In this document: in pieces, positions 1-9,731 of the stretch
Numbering within the stretch: position 1 is the first letter of the stretch
Layout of the letters: every line of letters begins with the position of its first letter
Origin: a virus
Taxonomy: Duplodnaviria > Heunggongvirae > Uroviricota > Caudoviricetes
Reading direction: 5' to 3' (one strand)
DNA length: 64,000 nt
Virus record (IMG/VR): IMGVR_UViG_3300043395_001986
Location: 45,308 to 109,307 of that record
Program-made: the position numbers and the translations under genes
Notes under the pieces: generated by a model
Told to the model about the DNA's origin: nothing
Databases searched by the model: none
What the model saw: only the letters and a program-made list of their open reading frames with translations

Positions 1-2
1 TT

Positions 3-1349
3 AGTGTATATGATAGGAAACTTGTTATAGAAATACCAAATTCTGGAGCAAGTAGATTTGTAAATAATAAAGTTAGATTTGAAGAACAAACATTAATAAA
101 TGACCTTTCTCCTTTAAAAAGAGCAACTGCTAAACAATACGACCAAGCAGCAGCCGATTCAAATAAATTAGGAATATTCTTTTCACCAAATAAAGATTTG
201 GATTTAAGTATAGCACAATCGTTTGGTGGGATTCAATTTGATGATTATATAGGAGACCCATCAGATGATAATGAGTATGAATATAAAACATTAAAATCAA
301 TAAGAAACTATTGGTTCAAACGTATTGATTTAAATAAACGCAACATATACGATTACATAAGATTAATACGTTCATATGATAAATCATTATTTGAAAATAT
401 AAAACAAATGTTACCAGCGAGAGTAGCAACCAATATAGGATTGTTGATTGCTCCGCATATGCTAGAACGTTCAAAAGTTGATATAAATACAAAACCACAA
501 ATAGAAAATTTATATTATAGTGGTACATATGAATACCATAATGATTATAATGTAACAATGGATGCTGATTTGTATAAGGAAGCATTGATTGGTGCTAAAC
601 AATTATTACCAACCTTCAACGCATCAGATGAAACAATAAGTGGTACTATTAATTTAGAAATAAATAAAAGTTTAGAAACTTATATTTCAAGCCTAGAAGG
701 GACGATAACGGAAACCCAAAAAATAGATACATTTTATGCATCAAATGAATATTACACAGCAAGTATAGATGCCGGATTAAGGCAACCAACATTGTTGGGT
801 TCTATTGGTTATCAAGATGCACAAAAAATAGTTGGAGTTGGAAGTAATTTTATAGATTATGGATTTGGAAACTATTTTACAAATGGATATTTTGATTACA
901 AATATTATGAAAATGGAAAACTTAATCATAAAAGATATAAAGGTTCGTTAGTAACAACAACATCAAAAACATTTACAGGATTATACACCGGTTCGGAAGG
1001 TAAAACAACATTTAAGTATGGTGGTGCAAAACCTATATTTATATCTGGTTCGGTTACTGAATTGATATTACAAGAAAGTGGCTCTAATTCATTAAATGTT
1101 GGTGATGAATTTAACAAACAGATAATATCTAATGTTAAAACAATCAATGGATATTTACCAACGCATTATAAAAATGTTGGTGACTTAACAACCGGTTTAA
1201 AAAATAGTTATTATAAAGGTTCAAAACAAACAAGTAATACAACTATTGATGGAAAATCACCGGTTGAAATATTCATATCTAATCCGACTGTATTAAGAGT
1301 TAATAAGCAAGGTAGAGTTAGTGGTGAACCAATTTTAGAAGTTGATTAA
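3..1349 (+). CDS. Probable virion structural (baseplate-region) protein, 5'-truncated
   Basis: The frame is open from position 3 (SVYDRKLVIEIPNSG...), so the track's TTG start at 198 is internal. Lies upstream of structural-type genes and carries TGS/SGS motifs. Confidence 0.5.
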   Translation, partial: SVYDRKLVIEIPNSGASRFVNNKVRFEEQTLINDLSPLKRATAKQYDQAAADSNKLGIFFSPNKDLDLSIAQSFGGIQFDDYIGDPSDDNEYEYKTLKSIRNYWFKRIDLNKRNIYDYIRLIRSYDKSLFENIKQMLPARVATNIGLLIAPHMLERSKVDINTKPQIENLYYSGTYEYHNDYNVTMDADLYKEALIGAKQLLPTFNASDETISGTINLEINKSLETYISSLEGTITETQKIDTFYASNEYYTASIDAGLRQPTLLGSIGYQDAQKIVGVGSNFIDYGFGNYFTNGYFDYKYYENGKLNHKRYKGSLVTTTSKTFTGLYTGSEGKTTFKYGGAKPIFISGSVTELILQESGSNSLNVGDEFNKQIISNVKTINGYLPTHYKNVGDLTTGLKNSYYKGSKQTSNTTIDGKSPVEIFISNPTVLRVNKQGRVSGEPILEVD

Positions 1350-1376
1350 TAAAATAAAAATATTTTTTGAATACTT

Positions 1377-1385
1377 ATATTTATA
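1377..1385 (+). promoter_or_regulatory. Putative late promoter ATATTTATA
   Basis: Recurrent intergenic motif upstream of structural genes. Confidence 0.55.
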
Positions 1386-1406
1386 ATTTAGAAATATATA
1401 CACAAT

Positions 1407-2027
1407 ATGGCATATTTAGATAACACATCATTGACAGTAGATGCAATTCTTACTAAAAAAGGTAGAGAAAAATTAGCAGCAGGACAACCATTAGGTATTA
1501 CTCAATTCGCATTGGGTGATGATGAAATTGATTATTCATTATACGAACCAGCACACCCATTGGGGTCTGCGTATTATGATTCTGCAATATTAGCAACTCC
1601 AGTATTAGAAGCATCTCCAGATGAAACACAAGTTTTAAAATACAAATTAGTTACATTACCAAAAGGTAGTACAAAGATACCTGTGGTATCATTAAATGTA
1701 ACAGCAATTACAGGAAATACAAATTCTGGTAATTTCCCAATAAACCCATCAACATCTCCAGCCGGAAATAGAACAGCTGGTTACACTGCTATTTTATCAA
1801 ATAAAAATGCAGGTTCGTTAATAGGTGAGGGTATTACTGGTAATGTAGGAACTATTTCAACATTCTTGGGTGATAGTACAACTGCAACTGCGGAAGTAGC
1901 GAAAGGATTAACATTTACATTCATACCTAACCTATCATTAACATCAACTATTAGAACTACAATTACAATATATGGTAATGAAACAGGAGGTTCGGTAACT
2001 ATTCCAGTAACAATATCAAAAGTTTAA
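1407..2027 (+). CDS. Putative baseplate/virion structural protein
   Basis: N-terminal DAILTKKGREKLA...ITQFALGDDEIDY resembles N-termini of phage baseplate/tail-collar proteins; beta-rich C-terminus. Confidence 0.45.
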   Translation: MAYLDNTSLTVDAILTKKGREKLAAGQPLGITQFALGDDEIDYSLYEPAHPLGSAYYDSAILATPVLEASPDETQVLKYKLVTLPKGSTKIPVVSLNVTAITGNTNSGNFPINPSTSPAGNRTAGYTAILSNKNAGSLIGEGITGNVGTISTFLGDSTTATAEVAKGLTFTFIPNLSLTSTIRTTITIYGNETGGSVTIPVTISKV

Positions 2028-2036
2028 TAAAAATAT

Positions 2037-3254
2037 ATGGCACAATTAGGACAAAATACGGGTACCCAACTTACAACTGATTTATCAGCGTACCTTTTGC
2101 AACAAAAAACAAATGCAAACGGAGCAGTAGATACAACAGAGTTGGCAAGTATTATCAATAGATACTTAACAACAGGTGAACAATTAATAAGTGAGACAGT
2201 TGCCTTAACAAATCAAATTTATAAAAGATTTAATACATCTGATATTGTAACTGCAAAAACTGAAATAGTAACAACTGGATTATGGAGTAATGGAAGTGGT
2301 AGTTTAGTATCATTTTATACAGGCTCGGATTCAGATATTGCAGGACATAGTGGCTCAGCAGCATCTAAATTTTATTTTAATGTATATGGAAGTACAAATA
2401 CCGGTTCAGCAGATGTAGAATTTGCTATTGCATATGGACATTTTAATGGTAGTGGTTCTCCTGATTTAGCAGATGATGACCAATCTAAACAAGAATCAAA
2501 AGTAACATATTCTCAATATAGATTAGCACTATTAGGAACTGCAGATGCCAAATTCAGCGTTTACAGCGGTTCTACTGCAGGTGGATGGGATACTAATGAT
2601 ATCTATGTAATAAACATTGCTCGTTCAAATTATAGAGAAAAATTGGATGCTGGTAATTTACAATTAACATTATCTGGTTCTAATGGAATTTATAAATTTA
2701 TTGATGATAGCGGAATGGCAGATGCAGATACAGCAAATGGCCAAAGAGTATTCAATATTATTAGTGGTTCTATAAATTTAGGAAGTGGAGTTGGCTCAAC
2801 AGAATTAACACCAACTGCATCTAATCAACAAGGATTTGGATTATTCTATCCAGATGCAGGTATTATAGTATTAAACCCAGCAGCGTTATCTTCAATGGTA
2901 GGTAGTGAATTATCACCATCAGATAGTGGTGTTTCTGAATATAATCACAAAAAATTATTAAAAGCTATTCAAGGCGGAGGTGATTTCCAGGCAAGAAGAA
3001 CTGAAAATGTTTCTACATCTCATTATTTTGTAAGAGTTCAAAATAGAGAATTTAATTTCTCAAATAACCCTACATTTGCAGATTCAACTGGTTCTTTCTC
3101 TCAAGATACATTCAAAACAGACCCTAAAGTTTATATTACAACAATAGGATTATATAACGATTCAAACGAACTTTTAGCAGTAGCTAAAACATCACAACCA
3201 ATCAGAAAAACTTTTGATTCAGAAGCTCTGATTAAAGTTAAATTAGATTTCTAA
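2037..3254 (+). CDS. Putative virion structural protein (C-terminal YITTIGLYND..LLAVAK domain)
   Basis: C-terminal motif shared with 3325..4779 and reminiscent of tail-collar domains; many SGS/TGS motifs. Confidence 0.5.
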   Translation: MAQLGQNTGTQLTTDLSAYLLQQKTNANGAVDTTELASIINRYLTTGEQLISETVALTNQIYKRFNTSDIVTAKTEIVTTGLWSNGSGSLVSFYTGSDSDIAGHSGSAASKFYFNVYGSTNTGSADVEFAIAYGHFNGSGSPDLADDDQSKQESKVTYSQYRLALLGTADAKFSVYSGSTAGGWDTNDIYVINIARSNYREKLDAGNLQLTLSGSNGIYKFIDDSGMADADTANGQRVFNIISGSINLGSGVGSTELTPTASNQQGFGLFYPDAGIIVLNPAALSSMVGSELSPSDSGVSEYNHKKLLKAIQGGGDFQARRTENVSTSHYFVRVQNREFNFSNNPTFADSTGSFSQDTFKTDPKVYITTIGLYNDSNELLAVAKTSQPIRKTFDSEALIKVKLDF

Positions 3255-3274
3255 AAATCGTATTGGTATGTGAT

Positions 3275-3307
3275 AAACCCAACCCCGTAAGGTTGGGTTT
3301 TTTATTT
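3275..3307 (+). terminator. Rho-independent terminator
   Basis: AAACCCAACC-ccgtaa-GGTTGGGTTT perfect stem followed by TTTATTT. Confidence 0.85.
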
Positions 3308-3324
3308 CAATATATTTATTTTAT

Positions 3325-4779
3325 ATGATAAAAACTATTCCACAAAGCGATATTAGAATTAGGCCGTTTAAAGTATATAAACGATTTCAACTAACACAAG
3401 ATAATTTAAGCACCGGTTCTTTATCTGGACATCAAAAATTAATTGCAAAGAAAAATGAAGTTGTTGGGGATTTACTAACACCTTCTGCTTCGTTATGGGC
3501 ATCAATACATAGAATGTATTACGATGATATTTACAATCCAATAACAACTTTTGGTACTATATCAAAAAATGTAAATAATTCACCATTATTACAATTTAGA
3601 AAATTAGAAGATAATGCAATTGTATTTACAATACCTCAAGTAAAATTTGGAGAAAAAATAAAACCAGGTTCTTTTACAATTTATGATTCGGATAGAAATA
3701 ATACATTTACGGATAGTTACAACGCCGATGGTGTTTTGTATAGTGATATAGTAGATACAACATGGTCATTATTTAATGCAGAAACTAATAAATTCATATT
3801 TGTAGATGCTGCATTGGTTGAATATGAATTAGAATTAATTAGTTTTAATGCAGATACCGGCCTTTTAGATTTAAAATATAATGGTAATCCAGGTACATTG
3901 AAAATAAAATATTTAAATACAAACACAGGTGGTATTGTTATATTTGATGTTACACAATATACATTTGATTTTATTACAGGATTTCAAATTGCACCAGCAG
4001 GTAATATTTTTTATGAGCATGGTATAGCAGTAGTTACTCAATTAGAAGATGTTAATACGGATTTCTTAAATTATCAAATTGATTATAAATCAACAAAAAC
4101 AATTTATGAAAATGAATATTTTATAAGCGTTGATTCGGATGAATTTAATTATTCCACAAATCCAACAGCTTATTATGAGGTAGGTGCTATAACTGATTCA
4201 TTTATTACTGGAGATAAAATAAAATATAGAATTAATGCAGGCTCTACTGCCGGTGGTTTTGTTAACTATTTGGATGATAAAGGAAGTGAACAGACTATTT
4301 TTATTGAACCAAATAATGTATATACAATTAGAGTATCCAAATTTTATGATTATGAACCAATAAATTGGTCATTCGAAGAAATACCAGATGGTGGTTCAAA
4401 TGTATTATATAAAATTCCTGGCGAACAGCGCATGATTCAAAAAGGAACATTACCGGATGGAACGGAATACGATTACAGAAGACCTTTTTCTAGAACATTT
4501 AATTCAGGTTCCAAATACATGGGTATTAATTTAACTGGCTCATTAGAAGTTAGTGGTAAATATGGATATGGTCAATGTGAAATAACAAAATCATTTGATG
4601 GTGGTAATAGATTTGAATATACATCATCTATTGAAATTGAAAACTCTTTAACACCTTATGTAACAACAATTGGTTTATATGATGAAAACTATGATATGAT
4701 TGCTGTTGCTAAATTACCAACACCAATAAAAGTATATCCAGATTATCCTGTAAACTTTTTAGTAAGAATTGACACTTAA
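3325..4779 (+). CDS. Putative virion structural protein, paralog of 2037..3254
   Basis: Shares GNIFYEHGI/GLFYPDAGI, EFNYSTNPT/EFNFSNNPT and YVTTIGLYD..MIAVAKL motifs; ATATTTAT at 3312-3319. Confidence 0.5.
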   Translation: MIKTIPQSDIRIRPFKVYKRFQLTQDNLSTGSLSGHQKLIAKKNEVVGDLLTPSASLWASIHRMYYDDIYNPITTFGTISKNVNNSPLLQFRKLEDNAIVFTIPQVKFGEKIKPGSFTIYDSDRNNTFTDSYNADGVLYSDIVDTTWSLFNAETNKFIFVDAALVEYELELISFNADTGLLDLKYNGNPGTLKIKYLNTNTGGIVIFDVTQYTFDFITGFQIAPAGNIFYEHGIAVVTQLEDVNTDFLNYQIDYKSTKTIYENEYFISVDSDEFNYSTNPTAYYEVGAITDSFITGDKIKYRINAGSTAGGFVNYLDDKGSEQTIFIEPNNVYTIRVSKFYDYEPINWSFEEIPDGGSNVLYKIPGEQRMIQKGTLPDGTEYDYRRPFSRTFNSGSKYMGINLTGSLEVSGKYGYGQCEITKSFDGGNRFEYTSSIEIENSLTPYVTTIGLYDENYDMIAVAKLPTPIKVYPDYPVNFLVRIDT

Positions 4780-4806
4780 CATATATTTATATAAAATAAA
4801 CGAATT

Positions 4807-5058
4807 ATGGCAATTAGTTGGAAAGGAAATATAGCAGATACATACGAAAGTAATAAATTCAACGAAAAAGATGCAAACAAACAAACATCAGATGTAATTA
4901 AACCAAAAATTGATGGTAAAATTGCAGTTGAAGGATTTACTCAATTTCAAACAAAAGATAAATCTGGATTTAATTTAGATGATAAAATTTTAGATTTAGT
5001 TAAAGGCCCAGGCCAAAACAAATACTCTGCTAATAAGAGATACGAAGGCGGTAAATAA
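4807..5058 (+). CDS. Hypothetical protein
   Basis: 83-aa ORF preceded by ATATTTATA (4783-4791). Confidence 0.6.
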   Translation: MAISWKGNIADTYESNKFNEKDANKQTSDVIKPKIDGKIAVEGFTQFQTKDKSGFNLDDKILDLVKGPGQNKYSANKRYEGGK

Positions 5059-5063
5059 TTTTA

Positions 5064-5477
5064 ATGGCTAAAAAAGTTACAAAAAAGAACAACTCTAAAT
5101 GGGTTGCAAAAAAGCATGGATTTAAGTCAGGTCTTGAAGAATGTATATCTCAACAAATCGAAGGTAGAGGAATTAAGGTTGAATATGAGACCGAAGAGGT
5201 ATCTTATATTATACCTGCTTCTGAACATAATTACCATCCTGATTTTAAGTTACCAAATGGTATTAGGGTAGAAACAAAAGGTAGATTTGTTTTAGCAGAT
5301 AGAAAGAAACATCTTTTAGTGAAACAACAACATCCCGAATTGGATATTAGATTTGTTTTCACAAATTCCAAAAATAAAATAAATAAAAAATCCAAAACTA
5401 CTTACGCAGATTGGTGTGATAAGAACGGATTTAAGTATGCTGATAAGGTAATACCAGATGAATGGTTTGGTGAATAA
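5064..5477 (+). CDS. T7 gp3-like endonuclease I (Holliday junction resolvase)
   Basis: FKSGLE, YHPDFKLPNGIRVETKGRF, DRKKHLLVKQQHPELDIRFVF and TTYADWC are the endonuclease I family signatures. Confidence 0.92.
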   Translation: MAKKVTKKNNSKWVAKKHGFKSGLEECISQQIEGRGIKVEYETEEVSYIIPASEHNYHPDFKLPNGIRVETKGRFVLADRKKHLLVKQQHPELDIRFVFTNSKNKINKKSKTTYADWCDKNGFKYADKVIPDEWFGE

Positions 5478-5479
5478 TT

Positions 5480-5511
5480 TTTGGTAATTTCACGATTTTG
5501 TTGTATATTTG
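5480..5511 (+). promoter_or_regulatory. Bacteroidota sigma70-type promoter (-33 TTTG / -7 TAnnTTTG)
   Basis: TTTG 5480-5483, 20-nt spacer, TATATTTG 5504-5511. Confidence 0.75.
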
Positions 5512-5517
5512 TTATCT

Positions 5518-6537
5518 ATGACTAAATCTATAAATTTAGAACTCGCAAAAGGTATTATTACAAACTATTTAGGTAGTTCACACACATTAAAAGGAGGTGA
5601 AGAAGCATATCATTGCCCATTTTGTAATCATCACAAACCAAAATTACAGGTAAATTTTAGTTCTCAAAAATGGCATTGTTGGGTATGTAATAGTGGTGGT
5701 AGAAGTATTTTATCACTTGCTAAAAAATTAGATATATCCAAAAAAGAATTAGAAGAAATTGGTGGAATATATTTTGAAGAAGCTAAAAAGAAATTTAGAA
5801 AAAACGGAGTAATAACAGAAGAAACATTTGGAGATACATTAAAAGCATTGTGGGAAGGATTAGAGGAAGAATTGGATAAAGAAACTCAAATTAATTTTAG
5901 ACTACCAGAAGGATTTAAATCTGCGTTAGAACTAACACATAGTCAAGAAAACCCAATAGAAGGGCATGCAATACAATATCTGAAAGAAAGGGGTATTGAC
6001 AAAAAAACAATAATAAAATATAATATAGGATTTTGTGCAGATGGACCATATCAAGGAAGAATAATAATTCCATCATATGATACAAATGGTATGCTTAATT
6101 ATTTTGTAGGAAGGTCAATATTTGCAGATTCTACAATGAAATATAAAAATCCACCAATATCAAAAGATGTTTTGGCATTAGATTCAACAATAGACTGGAG
6201 TGAACCAATCATACTCTGTGAAGGTATGTTTGATGCAATTGCTATAAAGAGACAGGCGATACCACTTTTGGGCAAGTTCATACCCACCAAATTATTCAAT
6301 AAAATACTGGACAATTCATCAGAAATATACATAGCATTAGATAATGATGCAAAAGAAGATGCTATAAAATTAGTAGAAAAATTAGAAAAATACGATAAGT
6401 CAGTGAAAATCATTGAGTTAGATGATAAAGACCCATCGGAAATAGGGTATCAAAATTTTTGGAAATATCAGAAAAATTCCGTAACTTTGAGTTGGGATAA
6501 AAAGCTTAAAGAGAAGTTAAATTCTCTTTTTAATTAA
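5518..6537 (+). CDS. DNA primase (Zn finger + TOPRIM)
   Basis: CPFC..WHCWVC Zn finger, YLKERGI, RIIIP, KYKNP, CEGMFDAI, ALDND. ATG at 5518 preferred because the TTG at 5509 lies inside the promoter. Confidence 0.9.
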   Translation: MTKSINLELAKGIITNYLGSSHTLKGGEEAYHCPFCNHHKPKLQVNFSSQKWHCWVCNSGGRSILSLAKKLDISKKELEEIGGIYFEEAKKKFRKNGVITEETFGDTLKALWEGLEEELDKETQINFRLPEGFKSALELTHSQENPIEGHAIQYLKERGIDKKTIIKYNIGFCADGPYQGRIIIPSYDTNGMLNYFVGRSIFADSTMKYKNPPISKDVLALDSTIDWSEPIILCEGMFDAIAIKRQAIPLLGKFIPTKLFNKILDNSSEIYIALDNDAKEDAIKLVEKLEKYDKSVKIIELDDKDPSEIGYQNFWKYQKNSVTLSWDKKLKEKLNSLFN

Positions 6538-6546
6538 AATGTATAT

Positions 6547-9500
6547 ATGGTAGTAAAAAAGATTTTACACATAGCTGACGTACATATTCGTAATATTAAA
6601 AGACACGAAGAGTATCGTCAGGTATTTAACAAATTGTATAAATCATTAAAAGAACAAACTGATGATAATACAATTATTTATTTGGGTGGAGATATTGCGC
6701 ATGCAAAATTAGAAATGTCTCCTGAATTAGTTAAGGAAATTGCAGATTTTTTAACTAATTGTGCAAATATTGCTCCAACATATTTAATTACAGGTAATCA
6801 CGATTGTAATATGAATAATGTTGGTAGATTAGATGCATTAACACCAATTGTTAATTCATTAAAATTACCAAATTTAGTTTACCTAAAGGATACCGAAATA
6901 GCGGAATTTGAGAATGCTAGATTAGTATGTTTTAGCATATTTGACCAAAAAGAAAACTGGCCAAAAGCAGAAACATTAGGAAATGATAAATTAAATATTG
7001 CATTATTTCATGGTGCAGTAGATAAATCACAAACTGACATAGGATATAAAGTTTCTTCAAAGAATTTTCCTATTGAAATTTTTGATGGATATGATTATGC
7101 TTTGTTAGGTGATATTCATAAAAGACAAATTATGCAAGAGAAAGCAGATGGTAAACCATTTGTTGCATATTGTGGCTCATTAATTCAACAAAACCATGGA
7201 GAAACTTTAGATAAACATGGATATATGGTATGGGATTTGGAAAACCATACTTATACTTCAATAGATATTCCAAATGATTATGGTTACTATACTTTACATA
7301 TCGACAACGGAATCGTACCAGATGTGGATGATATACCTAAAATTCCTCGTCTTCGTGTTTTTGTGTCTAATACTGATAGTTCTCAAATTAAAAGAGTTAC
7401 TACCGAAATTAAAAAGAAATATAAGGTTGATGATTTTACAATTACAAGAACAGATACTTTATCTAAACTCAAAAGTGGTAATAGGGATGGGCAATTGGAT
7501 ATCGGGAATATTACGGATGTTGAATTCCAAAATGGGTTAATAATAGATTATCTTAAACGAAATTATCCAATAGATGATGAAATGCTGGATAAAGTTGCAT
7601 CTTTAAATAGAGAAACAAATAAGAAACTTAAAGATGAAGATTTGGCTAGAAATATACACTGGAAGCCAATCCGTTTTGAGTTTTCTAATATGTTTAGTTA
7701 TGGTGAAGATAATATAGTTGATTTTGATAAAATGAAAGGTATTATGGGATTGTTTGCAGCTAACGCTCAAGGTAAATCTTCATTATTTGATGCCCTTTCA
7801 TTTTGTATATTTGATAAATGTAGTAGAGCATTTAAAGCATCTGCTATCCTAAATAATAGAAAATCAGCATTTCGTTGTAAATTACATTTTCAGATAAACG
7901 GAGAAAATTTCTTTATAGAAAGAATAGCAAAGACAGTTAAGAAAGGAGAAGCAGTAAAGGTTGATGTACAATTTTGGAAAGAAGATAGCGGTGAAGTTGT
8001 TGTCCTAAACGGAACAGAACGCAGAGATACTGATACTATTATTTCGCAATATCTGGGAACATACGAAGATTTCGTTTTAACTGCATTATCTTTACAGGGT
8101 AATAACTCATTGTTTATTGATAAATCACAATCGGAGAGAAAAGATTTATTGGCTCAGTTTATGGGCATTAATATATTTGATAAATTATATAATATAGCAA
8201 TTGAAGATACAAAAGAAGTTTCTACTTTATTAAGAAGATTTAAAAGTGAAGATTTCACATCTGAACTTGCTCAAAATGAAAAGGATTTAGAAAAATTAGA
8301 AGATGATTTTGAAGAATTGGAAATTGAGAAAGAAGGATATGAAGACAGGCAAGAAGAATTAAATGAAGAAATAGCAGAACTTGCCGCTCAATTAACACCA
8401 ATTGATGGAAATCTCAATCTTAATTCTTTAACAAAATCTAAAAGTAAATTAGAAGATGAAATAGAAAATATAATTTCATTGATTTCTACAAAAGAAAATA
8501 ATATTTCTATATTAGAAGGAAAGGTTCAAGAAATTTCACAATCAATAGATGATAAGAAATCATTTGGTGGAACTATTGAGATAGAAACAGCATATTCAAA
8601 TTATCAGAAAAAACAAAAAGAATTAATCGAAGCAACAAAAGTTTATGATAATGCAAAATTACATTTAAGTTCTGCAGAAGAAAAGATTAAACATTTGGAT
8701 AATCATAAATACGACCCAAATTGTAAATTTTGTTGTGATAATGAATTTGTTAAAGATGCAATGAGAGCAAAAGAAGCATTGCCTCAATTAGAAGGAATTG
8801 TTAAGCAAGCAATGATTGATTGTGTTGGTATTCAACAAAACATAGATACAATGGAAGGTGTTGAAGAACAATATAATGAATGGAATGAACTTAAATTAAA
8901 ATTTTTAAAAGGAAATTCATTAATAGATACTGCAAAAATTGAATTAGGTAGTCAAAGAACATCTTTACAACTTAAACAAAATCAATTATCTACAATAGAA
9001 AGTGATATTGAAAGATATCATACTAATGAAGTAAGTATTCAAACCAATGAAAGATTAAATTATGAAATAGAAGTTAAAAGGGGTGAACTTGCAAATATAA
9101 CAAAAGATGTAAGAGAAGTAAGTAGTAAATTAATGGAAGCAAATGGAACAATTGGCTCATTAAAATCAAAAATACAATCCATATATACAAGAATGGAAGA
9201 GGTATCCACTTTGGAAGATAAGTTCAAAACATATGAATATTATATCGACTCGATTAAGAGAGATGGTGTTTCATATGAACTTATCTCCAAAGCTCTTCCT
9301 GTAATTGAAGGTGAGGTAAATAATATTCTACAACAAATTGTAGATTTTGGTGTTACACTTCAAATGGATGGTAAAAGTATAAATGGAAAAATTGTCTACG
9401 AAGACCAAGAGTGGCCATTGGAAATGTGTAGTGGCATGGAAAAGTTTATTAGTGGATTGGCAATTAGGGTTGCACTCATTAATGTTTGTCACCTTCCTCG

Positions 9501-9702
9501 TCCAAACTTTTTAGTAATTGATGAGGGATTTGGTACATTAGATAGTGAGAATTTAACATCTATGTTTATGTTATTTGATTATCTTAAAACTCAATTTGAT
9601 TATATAATTGTTATTTCACATTTAGACCAAATGAGAGATATTGTTGATAATTTAATTGAAATTAAGAAAACAGATGGCTTCTCCTCTATAATTTATAAGT
9701 AA
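6547..9702 (+). CDS. Fused Mre11/SbcD nuclease - Rad50/SbcC ATPase (gp47-gp46-like)
   Basis: ADVH, GGD, GNHD, FHG, LGDIH phosphoesterase motifs; Walker A NAQGKSS, coiled coil with CKFC hook, CSGME signature, IDEGFGTLD, ISH. Confidence 0.92.
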   Translation: MVVKKILHIADVHIRNIKRHEEYRQVFNKLYKSLKEQTDDNTIIYLGGDIAHAKLEMSPELVKEIADFLTNCANIAPTYLITGNHDCNMNNVGRLDALTPIVNSLKLPNLVYLKDTEIAEFENARLVCFSIFDQKENWPKAETLGNDKLNIALFHGAVDKSQTDIGYKVSSKNFPIEIFDGYDYALLGDIHKRQIMQEKADGKPFVAYCGSLIQQNHGETLDKHGYMVWDLENHTYTSIDIPNDYGYYTLHIDNGIVPDVDDIPKIPRLRVFVSNTDSSQIKRVTTEIKKKYKVDDFTITRTDTLSKLKSGNRDGQLDIGNITDVEFQNGLIIDYLKRNYPIDDEMLDKVASLNRETNKKLKDEDLARNIHWKPIRFEFSNMFSYGEDNIVDFDKMKGIMGLFAANAQGKSSLFDALSFCIFDKCSRAFKASAILNNRKSAFRCKLHFQINGENFFIERIAKTVKKGEAVKVDVQFWKEDSGEVVVLNGTERRDTDTIISQYLGTYEDFVLTALSLQGNNSLFIDKSQSERKDLLAQFMGINIFDKLYNIAIEDTKEVSTLLRRFKSEDFTSELAQNEKDLEKLEDDFEELEIEKEGYEDRQEELNEEIAELAAQLTPIDGNLNLNSLTKSKSKLEDEIENIISLISTKENNISILEGKVQEISQSIDDKKSFGGTIEIETAYSNYQKKQKELIEATKVYDNAKLHLSSAEEKIKHLDNHKYDPNCKFCCDNEFVKDAMRAKEALPQLEGIVKQAMIDCVGIQQNIDTMEGVEEQYNEWNELKLKFLKGNSLIDTAKIELGSQRTSLQLKQNQLSTIESDIERYHTNEVSIQTNERLNYEIEVKRGELANITKDVREVSSKLMEANGTIGSLKSKIQSIYTRMEEVSTLEDKFKTYEYYIDSIKRDGVSYELISKALPVIEGEVNNILQQIVDFGVTLQMDGKSINGKIVYEDQEWPLEMCSGMEKFISGLAIRVALINVCHLPRPNFLVIDEGFGTLDSENLTSMFMLFDYLKTQFDYIIVISHLDQMRDIVDNLIEIKKTDGFSSIIYK

Positions 9703-9731
9703 AATACTTATATTAAAGTATTTACCAAAAT

